A DNA stretch of 64,000 bases from Candidatus Bathyarchaeota archaeon (lineage in GTDB: Archaea; Thermoproteota; Bathyarchaeia; Bathyarchaeales; Bathycorpusculaceae): NCBI GenBank assembly GCA_963780185.1, contig CAWABA010000007.1, positions 64,001-128,000 on the forward strand. Reading direction: 5' to 3'. Position numbers and translations under genes: made by a program. The notes under the pieces are model-generated. The model ran no database searches. It worked only from the letters and a program-made list of their open reading frames with translations, and had not been told where the DNA came from. This document shows, in pieces, positions 1-10,318 of the stretch (position 1 is its first letter; each line of letters begins with the position of its first letter).

Positions 1-662
1 CCCGCCGCCCAAAACCATCGGGTATCCCTCTTCAGTGACAAGGCTCGGCGGGTTGGCTCATGAACTGCCAGCGCCAGCAAATAGGGCATGAGCGAGAAGA
101 CGTAGGCTACGGCGACTCCCAAGATGGGTGTAGGTGAAACGTCTAAGGCGAGTTTGCGGAAGACTGTTGCTCCGCCCAGCATTACGCCTCCTAAGACTGG
201 AGCAACCAACACCCTCCATCCGACTTGCCCATGACCGTTTTTGCCATTAATGGACAGCTCGATGAGGATTATTCCAGCGATTATGGCTGCTATCCCAACA
301 TAATTCCAGATGGTAACCACTTCGTTGAGGAGAAAAACAGCGGGCAGAAGAGCATAGAACGGGTAGACGGCGAATATGGAAGAGTTAACCGACGCGCCGA
401 GATCTTTCAAACCCTTATAGTAAAAGAGCCGTACGAGCCCTGGTGAGAGGAGCCCGCTGACCGCAAACAGCCCAAAACCCACAAGCGTCAAATCTCCAAA
501 TCGCCCTTCTGCAAAGGTGAGAGGCCAAAGCAGGAGCATACCTACGGCGGTTATTATGAGGCTCATGTTGAAGACGCTGGATCCTGCAGAGTGCCGTCTG
601 ACTGAGACAACGCTTATGCCTGATGCCGCAGCGGAAAGCAGAGCCAGCACTTCACCCAACAT
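1..662 (-). CDS. EamA/DMT family transporter (3' end runs off window)
   Basis: Read manually from ATG at 662: MLGEVLALLSAAASGISVVSVRRH..., multi-TM, checked in frame at GWRVLVAPVLGG; not in ORF track. Confidence 0.75.
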   Translation of the reverse strand, partial: MLGEVLALLSAAASGISVVSVRRHSAGSSVFNMSLIITAVGMLLLWPLTFAEGRFGDLTLVGFGLFAVSGLLSPGLVRLFYYKGLKDLGASVNSSIFAVYPFYALLPAVFLLNEVVTIWNYVGIAAIIAGIILIELSINGKNGHGQVGWRVLVAPVLGGVMLGGATVFRKLALDVSPTPILGVAVAYVFSLMPYLLALAVHEPTRRALSLKRDTRWFWAA

Positions 663-770
663 GATGCCTTTTCATTTCGGCGTGGGAACTATTTAAAATA
701 AATCCTAAAATCATTCTTAATATAGAGTTTAAGGTGAAATAGGCACAGAGCCAAGTTGGAGATATACGTA

Positions 771-938
771 ATGAAGAAAAAAGGCAGCGTAGACGTCAGT
801 GAAGCAGAAACTTTTGCGTCTTATGATGAGAAACTGAGAAAGAAGTACGGTGACAACTGGTTAGGCAGAGGCAAATGCACTGGACTTGAGTTTAAACGTT
901 GGTTGGCTCTACGGGACAACATGACAGAAATCCCGTGA
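771..938 (+). CDS. small hypothetical protein
   Basis: 55-aa charged ORF MKKKGSVDV..., divergent from EamA. Confidence 0.4.
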   Translation: MKKKGSVDVSEAETFASYDEKLRKKYGDNWLGRGKCTGLEFKRWLALRDNMTEIP

Positions 939-1009
939 TACAGGCGCGCAATAGAAAAGAAGAGCTTTGCGGCGCATTGGCAAAGTCAAGACCAAACCCG
1001 CAAACACCT

Positions 1010-1113
1010 TCAAGCCGTAAACCAAAAAAGCAACCTAAAACAAGCCCCAAGCAGAAGCCGCCTACCGAAGGAGGGGGTCTACTATTTACATCAAATTTCC
1101 AAAGTAAAAATGG
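1010..1113 (+). repeat. dispersed intergenic repeat family 1, copy A
   Basis: Ungapped match to 59200-59303 at 87/104 nt by manual count, including GGAGGGGGTCTA(C/G)TATTTACATCAAA. Confidence 0.85.
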
Positions 1114-1129
1114 GTTGGGAAAAGGGGGT

Positions 1130-2014
1130 TTAGACTTTTGTGCCCTGCGTTGGGTCTTCGATGACTTTCTGGAACTCCGCCATCAGCTTCTTCGTGATGG
1201 GTCCAGGTTTGCCTGTGCTGATTTGCCGTTTGTTAACTTCGCGTATGGGCACCATCTCCATGGCTGTTCCCGTGAAGAAAGCTTCGTCAGCGGTGAAAAT
1301 CATGAAGGGCGTCAGGTTGGTAACTGTCAGTTTAATGCCGAGTTTAGCAGCAAGCTTGCTTACAACGTCAGCGGTGATGCCTGCAAGCGCTCCAATCGAG
1401 GTCGGAGGAGTCAACAACTCGTCGTTCTTGACGATGAATACGTTTTCGCCTACGCCTTCAGCCACGCACCCGTTGCTTTCAAGGCAGAGCGCCTCGTCTA
1501 CGCCGCATGCGTTGGCTTCGATCTTTGCGAGGATGCTGTTGAGGTAGTTGAGTGATTTTATTTCGGCTGAGGTTGAATCTACTGTGTTTCGTCTGACCCA
1601 GGAGAACATGGTTGTTATGCCTGTTTCTTTGGCGTTGCCTGCTCTGATGGAGATTGTGCCGGTGATTATGACGACGGTTGGTTTGGGGCATTTACGTGGG
1701 TCTAAGCCTAAGTCTCCGACGCCTCTGCTTACGACTAAGCGTATGTAGGAGTCTTTCATCTTGTTTTTCCGCAGGGTTTCAACTACGGCTTTAGTCATTT
1801 CTTCTTTGGTTAACGGTATGTCTAAGGTTATGGCGTGGGCTGAGTGGTAAAGGCGGTCAATATGCTCTTTAAGCTTGAAGACAACCCCGTTGTATTCTCG
1901 GATGCCTTCGAAAACTCCGTCGCCGTACAGGAACCCGTGGTCAAACACTGAGATTTTAGCCTGCGACTTAGGGTAATATTGCCCATCGATGTAAACTATT
2001 AATTCGCTGCTCAT
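1130..2014 (-). CDS. ilvE: branched-chain amino acid aminotransferase
   Basis: DHGFLYGDGVFEGIR, KSLNYLN, EGVGEN, FFTGTA class IV aminotransferase motifs. Confidence 0.95.
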   Translation of the reverse strand: MSSELIVYIDGQYYPKSQAKISVFDHGFLYGDGVFEGIREYNGVVFKLKEHIDRLYHSAHAITLDIPLTKEEMTKAVVETLRKNKMKDSYIRLVVSRGVGDLGLDPRKCPKPTVVIITGTISIRAGNAKETGITTMFSWVRRNTVDSTSAEIKSLNYLNSILAKIEANACGVDEALCLESNGCVAEGVGENVFIVKNDELLTPPTSIGALAGITADVVSKLAAKLGIKLTVTNLTPFMIFTADEAFFTGTAMEMVPIREVNKRQISTGKPGPITKKLMAEFQKVIEDPTQGTKV

Positions 2015-2094
2015 CTAACTTCACTCTTCAACGATGTTTCATATCATTCGATTGTTTGATATAGTTTATGCAGATGATACATGTATTTCGTTTG

Positions 2095-3993
2095 TCAACC
2101 ATGGAACTGCGGACGCTTCGAAAGATACAGAGGCAACGGCAAAGCCTTGAACGGTTTACCAGCGATTTTCTCTGAAACCTTAGCTATCAACTCGTCAACA
2201 GTCATGTTTTGCTGCTGACCCTTAAGTCCACGTTCCCTAACCGACAGGCTTTTTGACTCGATTTCTTTCTCGCCGACAACAATTATGTAGGGCACCCACT
2301 CCTGCTCGCCTTCACGGATCTTCTTCTGCAAGGTAGCGGCGCTGTCATCTATGTCCACACGGATGCAATGAGACGCGATCTGTCCAGCAAGCTCCTCAAC
2401 TTTATCCATGTACTTGTCAGATATCGGGATAAGCCGAACCTGAGTCGGAGAAAGCCACAGGGGCAGCATCGGCGCTTTGCCAGTCATTTGTTCCCGGTAA
2501 GCCTTCTCAAGCAACGCGTATATGTCCCGTTCGATGGCGCCGCTTGGGCTGCAATGCAGGATCAGCGGGTACTGTTTTTCGCCTTTTTCGTCAACGTAGG
2601 TTATTTCGTAGCGTTTAGCGTTTTCAACGTCGATTTGGTCGGTGCTAAGGGCGGCGGCTTTGTCTTGGTTATCCACGAAGTTGAGGTCCCATTTGAGGAC
2701 AAAATAGAAGAACCGTTCGTTCCACACTTCAGCCAGCATCGGCTTGCCGAAAGCCTTCACGATTTCAGTTATAAACTCTCTATGCTCATCATAGAAGCCT
2801 TTTGTGAAACGCATAGCAACCTCATAATCATCCTTGACAAGCCCAATGTCGTTTAAGACATCTATACAGAGGTTAAAGCGCACCATGAATTCCTTCTTTG
2901 CCTGATCTAGGTCAGCGCACAGGGCGTGGCAATCTGGCATCGTGAACGCTCTGAGGCGTTTCAAACCGACGACCTCGCCGCTTTTCTCGCGCCTAAAGCT
3001 GTAACGCGTCAACTCGTACAATTTGATAGGCAACTGCTTGTAGCTTATCTGGGCGTCGTGTGCCATGAGAAACTGCCCGAAGCACGCGGCAAAGCGTAGG
3101 AAGAGCTCTTTGTCTTCCGATTTAAGCGTGTATTGGCGGGCAGGGAAACGGTTGAGGTAGCTGGCTAGGCTTGGATGGTTGAAGTCGTACATGATGGGGG
3201 TTTCAACTTCCATGCCGCCGTAAGCAGCCACCCGCGCAGTAACATACTGCTCAAGAAGCGACTTTATCATGCGTCCTTTCGGGTACCAACGGATGTTTCC
3301 AGGGTCGCTTCCCGGCTCATAATCAGCTATCTCCAGCCTTTTCATCAAGGTTACATGCGGAGGCATCACAGTCACCGCCCTCGCCTTCTTAATCTCGTAC
3401 TGCGAAAACTTCTGCAGGTTAACATGACCTTTGAACTTGAACTCCTCGACTGGCACCAGTAAACCGTCAGGCATCAGAACATGCCAGAACGACTTCATCT
3501 TCTCCTCGGCTTTAAGCGCCGCAGAAACTGGCTCCTCCTCTTTCTTGCAAACCTCTTCCGTCTTGCCCTCTGTCGCAACTGCTGCGGGTCCGTAGCTGCG
3601 TGCCTGCTCGGCAAGCGGATGCCCCTTAATGGCGATGGTGAATTGTTTGTTCCATCCGAAGGGAGCCCGATAGGTTTCGATGCCTTTCTGTTTTGCGTAG
3701 GCTTCCATGTCTTTTACGATTTTTAGGGCTTGGCTTGGATTGCTTAGGTTGCTGCTCAAGTGGGCGAATGGGTAAATGAGGATTCGGTTAGTTTTTTGTT
3801 TGCCCAAAAAGGCGCGTACGTCATCTATGGCTTTCTGCGCTACCGCGCCGTTGTCGCCTTCTTCAACCGCCGTGAAGAGCACGACGACTTCTTCAATGCG
3901 GTTTTCTTTTTGCTCCGCGTCTTCAGCGAGGGCGATTTCTTTTTGGATAGGTTTGAAAACTATAAAGTCAGAATGTAACTGAAGTATTCGCAT
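2095..3993 (-). CDS. thrS: threonine--tRNA ligase (archaeal type, N-terminal editing domain)
   Basis: MRILQLHSD, YPFAHLS, RFAACFGQF, FTMPDCH, LHCSPSGAIER. Confidence 0.97.
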   Translation of the reverse strand: MRILQLHSDFIVFKPIQKEIALAEDAEQKENRIEEVVVLFTAVEEGDNGAVAQKAIDDVRAFLGKQKTNRILIYPFAHLSSNLSNPSQALKIVKDMEAYAKQKGIETYRAPFGWNKQFTIAIKGHPLAEQARSYGPAAVATEGKTEEVCKKEEEPVSAALKAEEKMKSFWHVLMPDGLLVPVEEFKFKGHVNLQKFSQYEIKKARAVTVMPPHVTLMKRLEIADYEPGSDPGNIRWYPKGRMIKSLLEQYVTARVAAYGGMEVETPIMYDFNHPSLASYLNRFPARQYTLKSEDKELFLRFAACFGQFLMAHDAQISYKQLPIKLYELTRYSFRREKSGEVVGLKRLRAFTMPDCHALCADLDQAKKEFMVRFNLCIDVLNDIGLVKDDYEVAMRFTKGFYDEHREFITEIVKAFGKPMLAEVWNERFFYFVLKWDLNFVDNQDKAAALSTDQIDVENAKRYEITYVDEKGEKQYPLILHCSPSGAIERDIYALLEKAYREQMTGKAPMLPLWLSPTQVRLIPISDKYMDKVEELAGQIASHCIRVDIDDSAATLQKKIREGEQEWVPYIIVVGEKEIESKSLSVRERGLKGQQQNMTVDELIAKVSEKIAGKPFKALPLPLYLSKRPQFHG

Positions 3994-4007
3994 GGCAACT
4001 CACTCTT

Positions 4008-4223
4008 TTAGTGACCCCAACGCCACTTGTCAAGGGTCTTATCCTTTTTGGTTTTCTTCTTAAATTCTTTGTAGTGCTCTTTGCAGATGAAAGCGCGTTT
4101 TTCGTCGCTGCTAACCTTTAAGCCAGCAGCCTTGACTTTGTCAGCTGTGATAGAGCGAGCAGCTTCTCTGCTACAGCCTGATATACTACATTTTACTCCT
4201 TTTTCTATGCGACCCACAGTCAA
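4008..4223 (-). CDS. small Zn-finger-like archaeal protein
   Basis: CSISGC...CKEH, basic, co-oriented between pfkB and thrS. Confidence 0.75.
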   Translation of the reverse strand: MTVGRIEKGVKCSISGCSREAARSITADKVKAAGLKVSSDEKRAFICKEHYKEFKKKTKKDKTLDKWRWGH

Positions 4224-4257
4224 GCCTCAGTACGCTGTTTTTATGCTGTAATGTGCG

Positions 4258-5181
4258 CTATTGCTTAAGTTCCTTTTCATACAAAACCTTGGCTCTCTGG
4301 TAAATTTCTTCTTTCTTGCCAAAGTAAGTGGGACCTATCCCTTCGACGACAACCGAAGCAGCAGCTGAACCGACGCAGGCACACCATATTGACTCTTTCT
4401 GCCGTAGGTACTCAGTTAAGAAGCCGCCGATGAAAACGTCTCCTGCTCCTGTTGGGTCGACAAGAACTTGTGAAGGGCAGGCTGCGATGTTGAATTGTGC
4501 GCCTTCAACGGATAGCACTGCTCCTTTAGCGCCCAACGTGACTATGACGGTTCCGACGCCGAAGTCGTGAACAGTTTTAATTGCCGCTTTAAGGTCAGCT
4601 TGACCTGTTAACGCTAAGATTTCTGATTGGGAAGACTTGTAGATGTTGATTAAGCTCAGTATTCGTTTGTCAAACGAAGCGTTTTCCGCGACGTTTCCAG
4701 CTTCGTCGAAGCTTCGAAGCAAACCCTGAGGGTCCAACGACAGGACATTGGCACATTGCTTGAGATGCTCAATCACTTCGAAGGATACTTCGTTGGCGAT
4801 TGGCGCGACATGAATTGCCTTAGCCTTAAAATACTCTGGCAAATCGGTTAGCTCTATTGGAGCGCCCTTACCCTTCAAACTCAACGCTCGCTCAGACAAG
4901 TCTTTACTGTAGCCCAGCTCAAAGCTTGTTGAAGGTTGATCTGCCTTTTTAACCACGCCTGAAAGATCGACGCCTTCCTGCCTTAGCCACCAGAGATACG
5001 CTTCTGGAAAGTTCCCGCCGACCTTCGAAATGACTGAAGCCGATGCGTCTAGGCGTTTAACGGCAAGTGAAGTGTAGGCTGCGGCTCCTCCTAAAACAGT
5101 AAACGGGGCTGTTCTGCTGGGCAGCAAAATTCTATCGATCGATAGATGACCGATAACTGCTACATCGACGTTTTGAAGCAC
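4258..5181 (-). CDS. PfkB family carbohydrate/nucleoside kinase
   Basis: GGAAAY and DPTGAGDVFIGG PfkB signatures. Confidence 0.92.
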   Translation of the reverse strand: MLQNVDVAVIGHLSIDRILLPSRTAPFTVLGGAAAYTSLAVKRLDASASVISKVGGNFPEAYLWWLRQEGVDLSGVVKKADQPSTSFELGYSKDLSERALSLKGKGAPIELTDLPEYFKAKAIHVAPIANEVSFEVIEHLKQCANVLSLDPQGLLRSFDEAGNVAENASFDKRILSLINIYKSSQSEILALTGQADLKAAIKTVHDFGVGTVIVTLGAKGAVLSVEGAQFNIAACPSQVLVDPTGAGDVFIGGFLTEYLRQKESIWCACVGSAAASVVVEGIGPTYFGKKEEIYQRAKVLYEKELKQ

Positions 5182-5239
5182 ACCCTAAAGCCCCTTCAAG
5201 TTAGTATGTGGTCAACCAAGATATAAACAACTTTTACAG

Positions 5240-5605
5240 TTACGATTGAAGCAGAAGTATAGCCTTCGCCAAATCGCCTTGGCATTCCTCAAGGGCTTCT
5301 TTTGCCTTCTCTAAGCTTTTGCCAGTCTGATCCGCCACCAATCTTACGTCTTCCTCAGAAAACGTTGACTGCGCCGCCTTTGCCGATTGACGTTGAGAGG
5401 GGGCTTGTTCTGAAACTTCGCCGCCGATGACCTGATACATTTTTTGGCCCTGCACCTCTAAAATAGCCACTTGAGGCTCGTCGATAACGATGTCTTTGGT
5501 GTTTGTTCTGATTATGACTTGCTGAACATCTGGGACAGAATCCATGTTCATGCCCATTCGCTGCATCATGCGTCTTTGCTCTCTAGGATTCATGCGCTTA
5601 TTCAC
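5240..5605 (-). CDS. nac: nascent polypeptide-associated complex protein
   Basis: MNPR..RRMMQRMG, NAC domain, C-terminal UBA (EEDVRLVADQTG...GDLAKAIL). Confidence 0.95.
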   Translation of the reverse strand: MNKRMNPREQRRMMQRMGMNMDSVPDVQQVIIRTNTKDIVIDEPQVAILEVQGQKMYQVIGGEVSEQAPSQRQSAKAAQSTFSEEDVRLVADQTGKSLEKAKEALEECQGDLAKAILLLQS

Positions 5606-5784
5606 TGATCTTCACTTCCCAGAACTATCTGCAGTAGAACTTGATATAAACTTTAACTTTCTCTGCGGCTTCTTTTGGGTAATTTCGTCTTTAAATCGGT
5701 TTTTTAGGCAAGATTAAAAAACGAATTCAGGATAAATAGGTCTCTTTAGCGGGAAAGGGCAGGGAAAGAAAGGGGCGATTTTGA

Positions 5785-7278
5785 TTGGGCGAGAAAAAGA
5801 GTATACACAGGAAATTTGCCTTGACAGTTGGGGTTATATGTATAATTCTAACTGTTTTGTTCACCGGGATATTTCAAGGGGAAATTGGAAGTCTTCAAAG
5901 TCAAATTTCGTCCGATAAATCAACAATTAGTTCTCTGAAATCGTCAATTACAAAAATGAATTCAACCATGTTAAACATGGAGGGACAACTCTCGTTAGAT
6001 CCAAATAGAATCATCAATGGATTTAGCATTGTCCAGATTACGGACACGCAGTTTCTCAGCGATTTGTATCCAAAATTGTACGACGGGTTGACCAGTTGGA
6101 TTGTGGATAAAGCGAACCCGCTAAATCTTACGATGGTTGTCCACACGGGCGACATCGTTCAAGTTGCTAATTCAACACGTGATTGGCAAAATGCCAACAA
6201 AGCCACGGTGATTCTTCTCAATAATGGAATTCCATACTGTTGGGATGCTGGCAACCATGACCAGAATGACGTTAACAAAACAGTTGGAAGTGGAAGCCCC
6301 GACGGTTCATGGCATGGCGGAAGCTACTCTGCCTTCAACGTTGACGCTATGAGGCAGAAGCCTTACTGGCTGGCAGATATCTATGATGGAAAAAACACAG
6401 CTGCCCAGTTCAATTACGGAAACTACCATTTCATAGTCATCAACATCGAATACAACGCAAACCAAACCGTCCTGGCTTGGATGCAAACCCTTATCAAAAC
6501 CAACCCAAACACAAACGTGATCATAGCGACTCATAATTTTCTTAACGGAGCTGGAAATTATGGAACTTCAAAGGCTGCAGATAAAACCTGGGGTTACAAC
6601 TTTGAAAAACTGCTGGGCAACTACCCGAGCGTTTTCATGACCCTAAACGGGCACTGCGCTGACCAAGGCACGGGTACGGCATTCAACAAGAAAGTAGGGA
6701 ACAGAGAAGAGGTTTTCTTCAACAGACAAAATTTGGCTAATGGCCAAGGTGCAGCATGCGCAAGAATCTACACTTTCGAAATGAGCAATACGCGAAACGT
6801 GATGATAAAAGTTTACACATATCAAACCTACGATAACCCAGGTTACATAGGCGACAGGTTAGATCAGTTCAATTTTACTGCCAGCCTCGAGCCTTACGTG
6901 CCTGCGACCGTTGACGTTGCGAAAGGCACAGGGTTTTTGGGGGCAAACGGTTTCAAAGTCGGCTTTGCATCGTCAGCGACTTTGACGGGCTTTCGTCAGA
7001 ACGGTAACTCGCTTACGTTCAGGGATTTGAATTTGAACGGAGCCACTTCAAACTTCACGTTCACCGCATCAGGCGCAGATATAACGATAGAAAAATATGA
7101 CGTTACTAGCGGGATAAGCTACACAGTCAGCGGAACTGGAAGCCAAACCTTCTCGCTAAACACGGCTCCGCTTTCAGTTGACATAGACGGCAAACAGACT
7201 TCCAAAGGCTGGACATACTCAAAAGGAGAAGTGACAGTTACACACGCCACGTCTTCAGTGAAGGTAAACCTGCATTAA
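5785..7278 (+). CDS. membrane-anchored calcineurin-like metallophosphoesterase
   Basis: N-terminal TM and coiled coil; DTQ, HTGD, GNHD, TH, GH motifs; beta-rich C-terminus. Confidence 0.85.
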   Translation: MGEKKSIHRKFALTVGVICIILTVLFTGIFQGEIGSLQSQISSDKSTISSLKSSITKMNSTMLNMEGQLSLDPNRIINGFSIVQITDTQFLSDLYPKLYDGLTSWIVDKANPLNLTMVVHTGDIVQVANSTRDWQNANKATVILLNNGIPYCWDAGNHDQNDVNKTVGSGSPDGSWHGGSYSAFNVDAMRQKPYWLADIYDGKNTAAQFNYGNYHFIVINIEYNANQTVLAWMQTLIKTNPNTNVIIATHNFLNGAGNYGTSKAADKTWGYNFEKLLGNYPSVFMTLNGHCADQGTGTAFNKKVGNREEVFFNRQNLANGQGAACARIYTFEMSNTRNVMIKVYTYQTYDNPGYIGDRLDQFNFTASLEPYVPATVDVAKGTGFLGANGFKVGFASSATLTGFRQNGNSLTFRDLNLNGATSNFTFTASGADITIEKYDVTSGISYTVSGTGSQTFSLNTAPLSVDIDGKQTSKGWTYSKGEVTVTHATSSVKVNLH

Positions 7279-7292
7279 ACTGGAGAAATCAA

Positions 7293-7757
7293 CTACTTTT
7301 CTGTTCCATGCCGCACCTTAACTGCGACACCACTCTTAAAAGCAGTAATCTCCACGCTCGAAAGCATAGCTTTCCCAACAGCCAAAACGCCCCTTTCTTC
7401 ATCAACTACAATTACCTCGTCGCTGGCACGGATTTCAGGGTCCACCTTCGAGACGTGAACTGCGAAAACGTCTCCGCCCGCGGCGATAAATTTTGAAACC
7501 TCATTTTTCACTGTGACAAAACAATGAGCAAAAGCAGCGTTTTCCGCGATGACCTTAGCGGCTTTGACGCTTAACGAAAGCAATCCGTCGGTTGGGCGAA
7601 GAGTAGCTAACCTTTCGCCGTCCAAATTGATAAAGCGTATTCTGCCTGTTCTCGGAGAATGCTCCATGCGCACATTTTCTGGAAACAACTTTGAGCCTAC
7701 GTTTTTTCCAAATTGGTAGTCGGCAATGGCTCTTATTTTTGAAAGCTCGTTCTCCAA
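7293..7757 (-). CDS. PUA-domain RNA-binding protein (resembles archaeosine TGT C-terminus)
   Basis: ADYQFG...TGRIR...GVAVKVRH. Confidence 0.88.
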   Translation of the reverse strand: MENELSKIRAIADYQFGKNVGSKLFPENVRMEHSPRTGRIRFINLDGERLATLRPTDGLLSLSVKAAKVIAENAAFAHCFVTVKNEVSKFIAAGGDVFAVHVSKVDPEIRASDEVIVVDEERGVLAVGKAMLSSVEITAFKSGVAVKVRHGTEK

Positions 7758-7843
7758 GTGTTCACCGTCAACATGTTTTTTGGTCTTTCGACAAGTATAA
7801 AGATAACAAGATAATAAACAGTGTGAAAGGTGAAAAGCTTACA

Positions 7844-8374
7844 TTGAGATGCGAAGTCTGCGGACACAAAATCCACACTGACCCGATAACGGCAGTAATT
7901 GAAGGAGCACGACTAACGGTCTGCGTTGAATGCGCAAAACATGGAAAAATAGTCCATCAGGACGAAATTGTCCTTCCAAAGCAAGCTACCCAAAAGAAAC
8001 CGCAGGGATCTGTAGCTTTAGTCCAAAAGAAACCTATGGTTGCCAACGTGCAAATCACCCAGGAACTCACTCAAGACTACGCGAACATGATAAGGGTGGC
8101 AAGGGAAAAACTAGCGTTAACCCATGAGGAATTGGGCAAGAAAATAAATGAAAAAGCCTCCGTTTTAAGGAACCTTGAAACAGGCAAGATGGAGCCGAAC
8201 AACCAGCTTGCCTCAAAGCTTGAACATATGTTAAAAATCAAGCTGCTTATCCCGATCTCAGAAGAAAAAGCTGTTCAGATGCCTAAGTCCGGGAACCAAG
8301 AAATGACTTTAGGCGACCTCATCGAAATAGACGAGAAAGACGCGGAGGCGGCTGCAGAACGAAAGCCGTCATAG
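7844..8374 (+). CDS. mbf1: archaeal multiprotein bridging factor 1
   Basis: TTG start at 7844; CEVCG...VCVEC Zn ribbon, HTH, TLGD motif. Confidence 0.92.
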   Translation: MRCEVCGHKIHTDPITAVIEGARLTVCVECAKHGKIVHQDEIVLPKQATQKKPQGSVALVQKKPMVANVQITQELTQDYANMIRVAREKLALTHEELGKKINEKASVLRNLETGKMEPNNQLASKLEHMLKIKLLIPISEEKAVQMPKSGNQEMTLGDLIEIDEKDAEAAAERKPS

Positions 8375-9630
8375 TTCAGCGTCGACTGAACCGCGAAGAA
8401 TCAAGTTTACCTGAACTCAAAAGATTAGCACAATCCGCAGGGTACATTGTAGTCGCTGAAATGGAGCAAACACGATTACCTGACTCACGCTATCAGATAG
8501 GCGCGGGAAAAGTGGAAGAACTTGCCCAAATCGTGCAGGAAACAGGCGCTACCAAAGTAATTTTTGACAACCAACTGAAAACCCGCCAAACATACAATTT
8601 AGCGAAAGCCACACACGTCGAAGTAATCGACCGATTCGCGCTTATACTTGAAATCTTCAACAGACGAGCAACAACAACAGAAGCTCAACTTCAGATTCAA
8701 TTGGCTACCATGCGAAATGAGCTCAAACACGCCAAAGAAAAAGTCAGATTAGCCAAAGGAAGCGAGCAACCGGGCTTTATGGGTCTTGGAGCCTATGAAG
8801 CAGACGTTTACAGTGATGCCATAAAACGGCAAGTCCAAACAATTCTCAAGAAACTTGAAAAAATCAGAGAGAAAAGGGTTCTGCATCGGGAGAGGCGAAC
8901 AGAGCTTGGTTTCTTGACTATTTCGCTTGCTGGATATACAAAGTCTGGAAAAAGCTCCTTGTTTAATGCTTTAACCGAAGCAACCGTCGAAGTTGACAAA
9001 GCATTATTCACGACGCTTTCAACGACCACCAGAAAGCTGGAGTTTTCTAACCGAAAATTTCTTTTAACGGACACTGTTGGCTTCATTGACCGTCTGCCTA
9101 TAGCTTTGATTGAAGCGTTCCATTCTACTCTTGAAGAAACCATCTTTTCAGACTTAATCATACTGATTTTAGACTTAAGCGAGCCAATGGAGAAAATCGA
9201 GGAGAAGCATAACGTTTGCTTAGAAACAATCGACCGCTTGGGCGCATCAGGGATTCCAACCATAACCGCTCTAAACAAAATCGACTTGCTTACTGAAGAG
9301 GAAAGAAACCAAAAATTCGAAGCCCTCAAAGACAAAACCAAGAACCCGATTCTCCTATCCGCCAAGTGCCATACAAACCTTGATGAATTAAAACGGAAAA
9401 TTGTAGCGACTCTTGAAAAATATGTTCAAGCCCAATTTTCTGTCCCGTTAACCGAAAAAACTATGCCTTTTATCTCGTGGGTTCACGGGAAAACAGACGT
9501 GAAAAAAGAAAACTTCACTAACGATTCGGTTGAAATAGTCTTCGAGGCTACCCCCGAGTTAGTTGACCATGTGAGAAGAAAAGTGGCAGAATTAAATGGC
9601 AGATTCGAAACCAACCCCAAAACCAATAGC
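8371..9630 (+). CDS. hflX: GTPase HflX (start uncertain; read-through into trm56 probably an indel artefact)
   Basis: GYTKSGKSS, LFTTLSTT, DTVGFI, NKID motifs; frame stays open and HflX-like upstream of ATG 8461. Confidence 0.9.
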
Positions 9631-10182
9631 ACCCCTCAAGTCTTCGTGTTAAGATGGGGCCATCGACCCCAGCGGGACGTGCGACTAACCACCCACGTAG
9701 CCTTAACAGCACGGGCACTATGCGCTTCAGGCTTTATTCTTTCAGACGCAAAAGACCCCAACATAGAAGAAACCGTCAGAAAAATAACCAGCCGCTGGGG
9801 AGGGACATTCCATTTTGAAATGGGAACTCCATGGAAAAAAGCCGTCCGCGATTGGAAAGCCAAAGGCGGGGCAATCGTTCATTTAACGGCTTATGGGGAA
9901 AACATTCAGGGAAGCGATGTGCTAAGCAGGATTAAAAGTTCAGGCAAGGACATTTTGGTCGTGGTTGGTAGCCAGAAGGTTCCGGGCGACTTCTACTCAA
10001 GCGATGTATCGGACTTCAACGTCTCTGTTGGGAACCAGCCGCATTCAGAATGTGCCGCGCTTGCCGTTTTTCTGGACCGTTATTTTGAAGGTGAGGAATT
10101 AACAAGGGATTTTGATAAAGCCAAAATGAGGATTGTTCCAAAAGCAAGAGGAAAAGAGATCAAAAGCGACACGGATCCCTAA
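9596..10182 (+). CDS. trm56: tRNA (cytidine(56)-2'-O)-methyltransferase aTrm56 (SPOUT)
   Basis: LRWGHRPQRDVRLTTHVALTARA, VHLTAYG, NQPHSECAALAVFLD; ATG 9596 comes into frame if one A is added near 9617-9622. Confidence 0.88.
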
Positions 10183-10192
10183 TTTGTCCTTT

Positions 10193-10318
10193 TCAATTTT
10201 CAAGCGAAGTTCCAATGTTTTTAGGCGAATGGAGGCTAGGCATCCTAATCTGCCGAAAGCCCTTTTTGGCAAGGGTCTTAACAATTTTCTGCCAAGAGAG
10301 CATAGGGAGCTTCGACAA
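10193..10318 (-). pseudogene. hicA: truncated HicA toxin
   Basis: TTG-SKLPMLSWQKIVKTLAKKGFRQIR is HicA-like, then diverges before the GSH motif and stops at 41 aa; overlaps the end of hicB. Confidence 0.6.

Noticed and set aside
899-1555. ORFs through repeat family 1 (also 10834-11046 and 59128-59349) as a peptide family
   Set aside because: No shared start or stop, one overlaps ilvE antisense, and the K/P/Q/T composition follows from the C/A skew
8461-10182. Apparent HflX-aTrm56 fusion (573 aa)
   Set aside because: Adding one A in CCAAAACCAATAG near 9617-9622 both ends HflX at TAG 9628-9630 and brings ATG 9596 in frame with Trm56. This is a typical homopolymer error; only raw reads could rescue the fusion.
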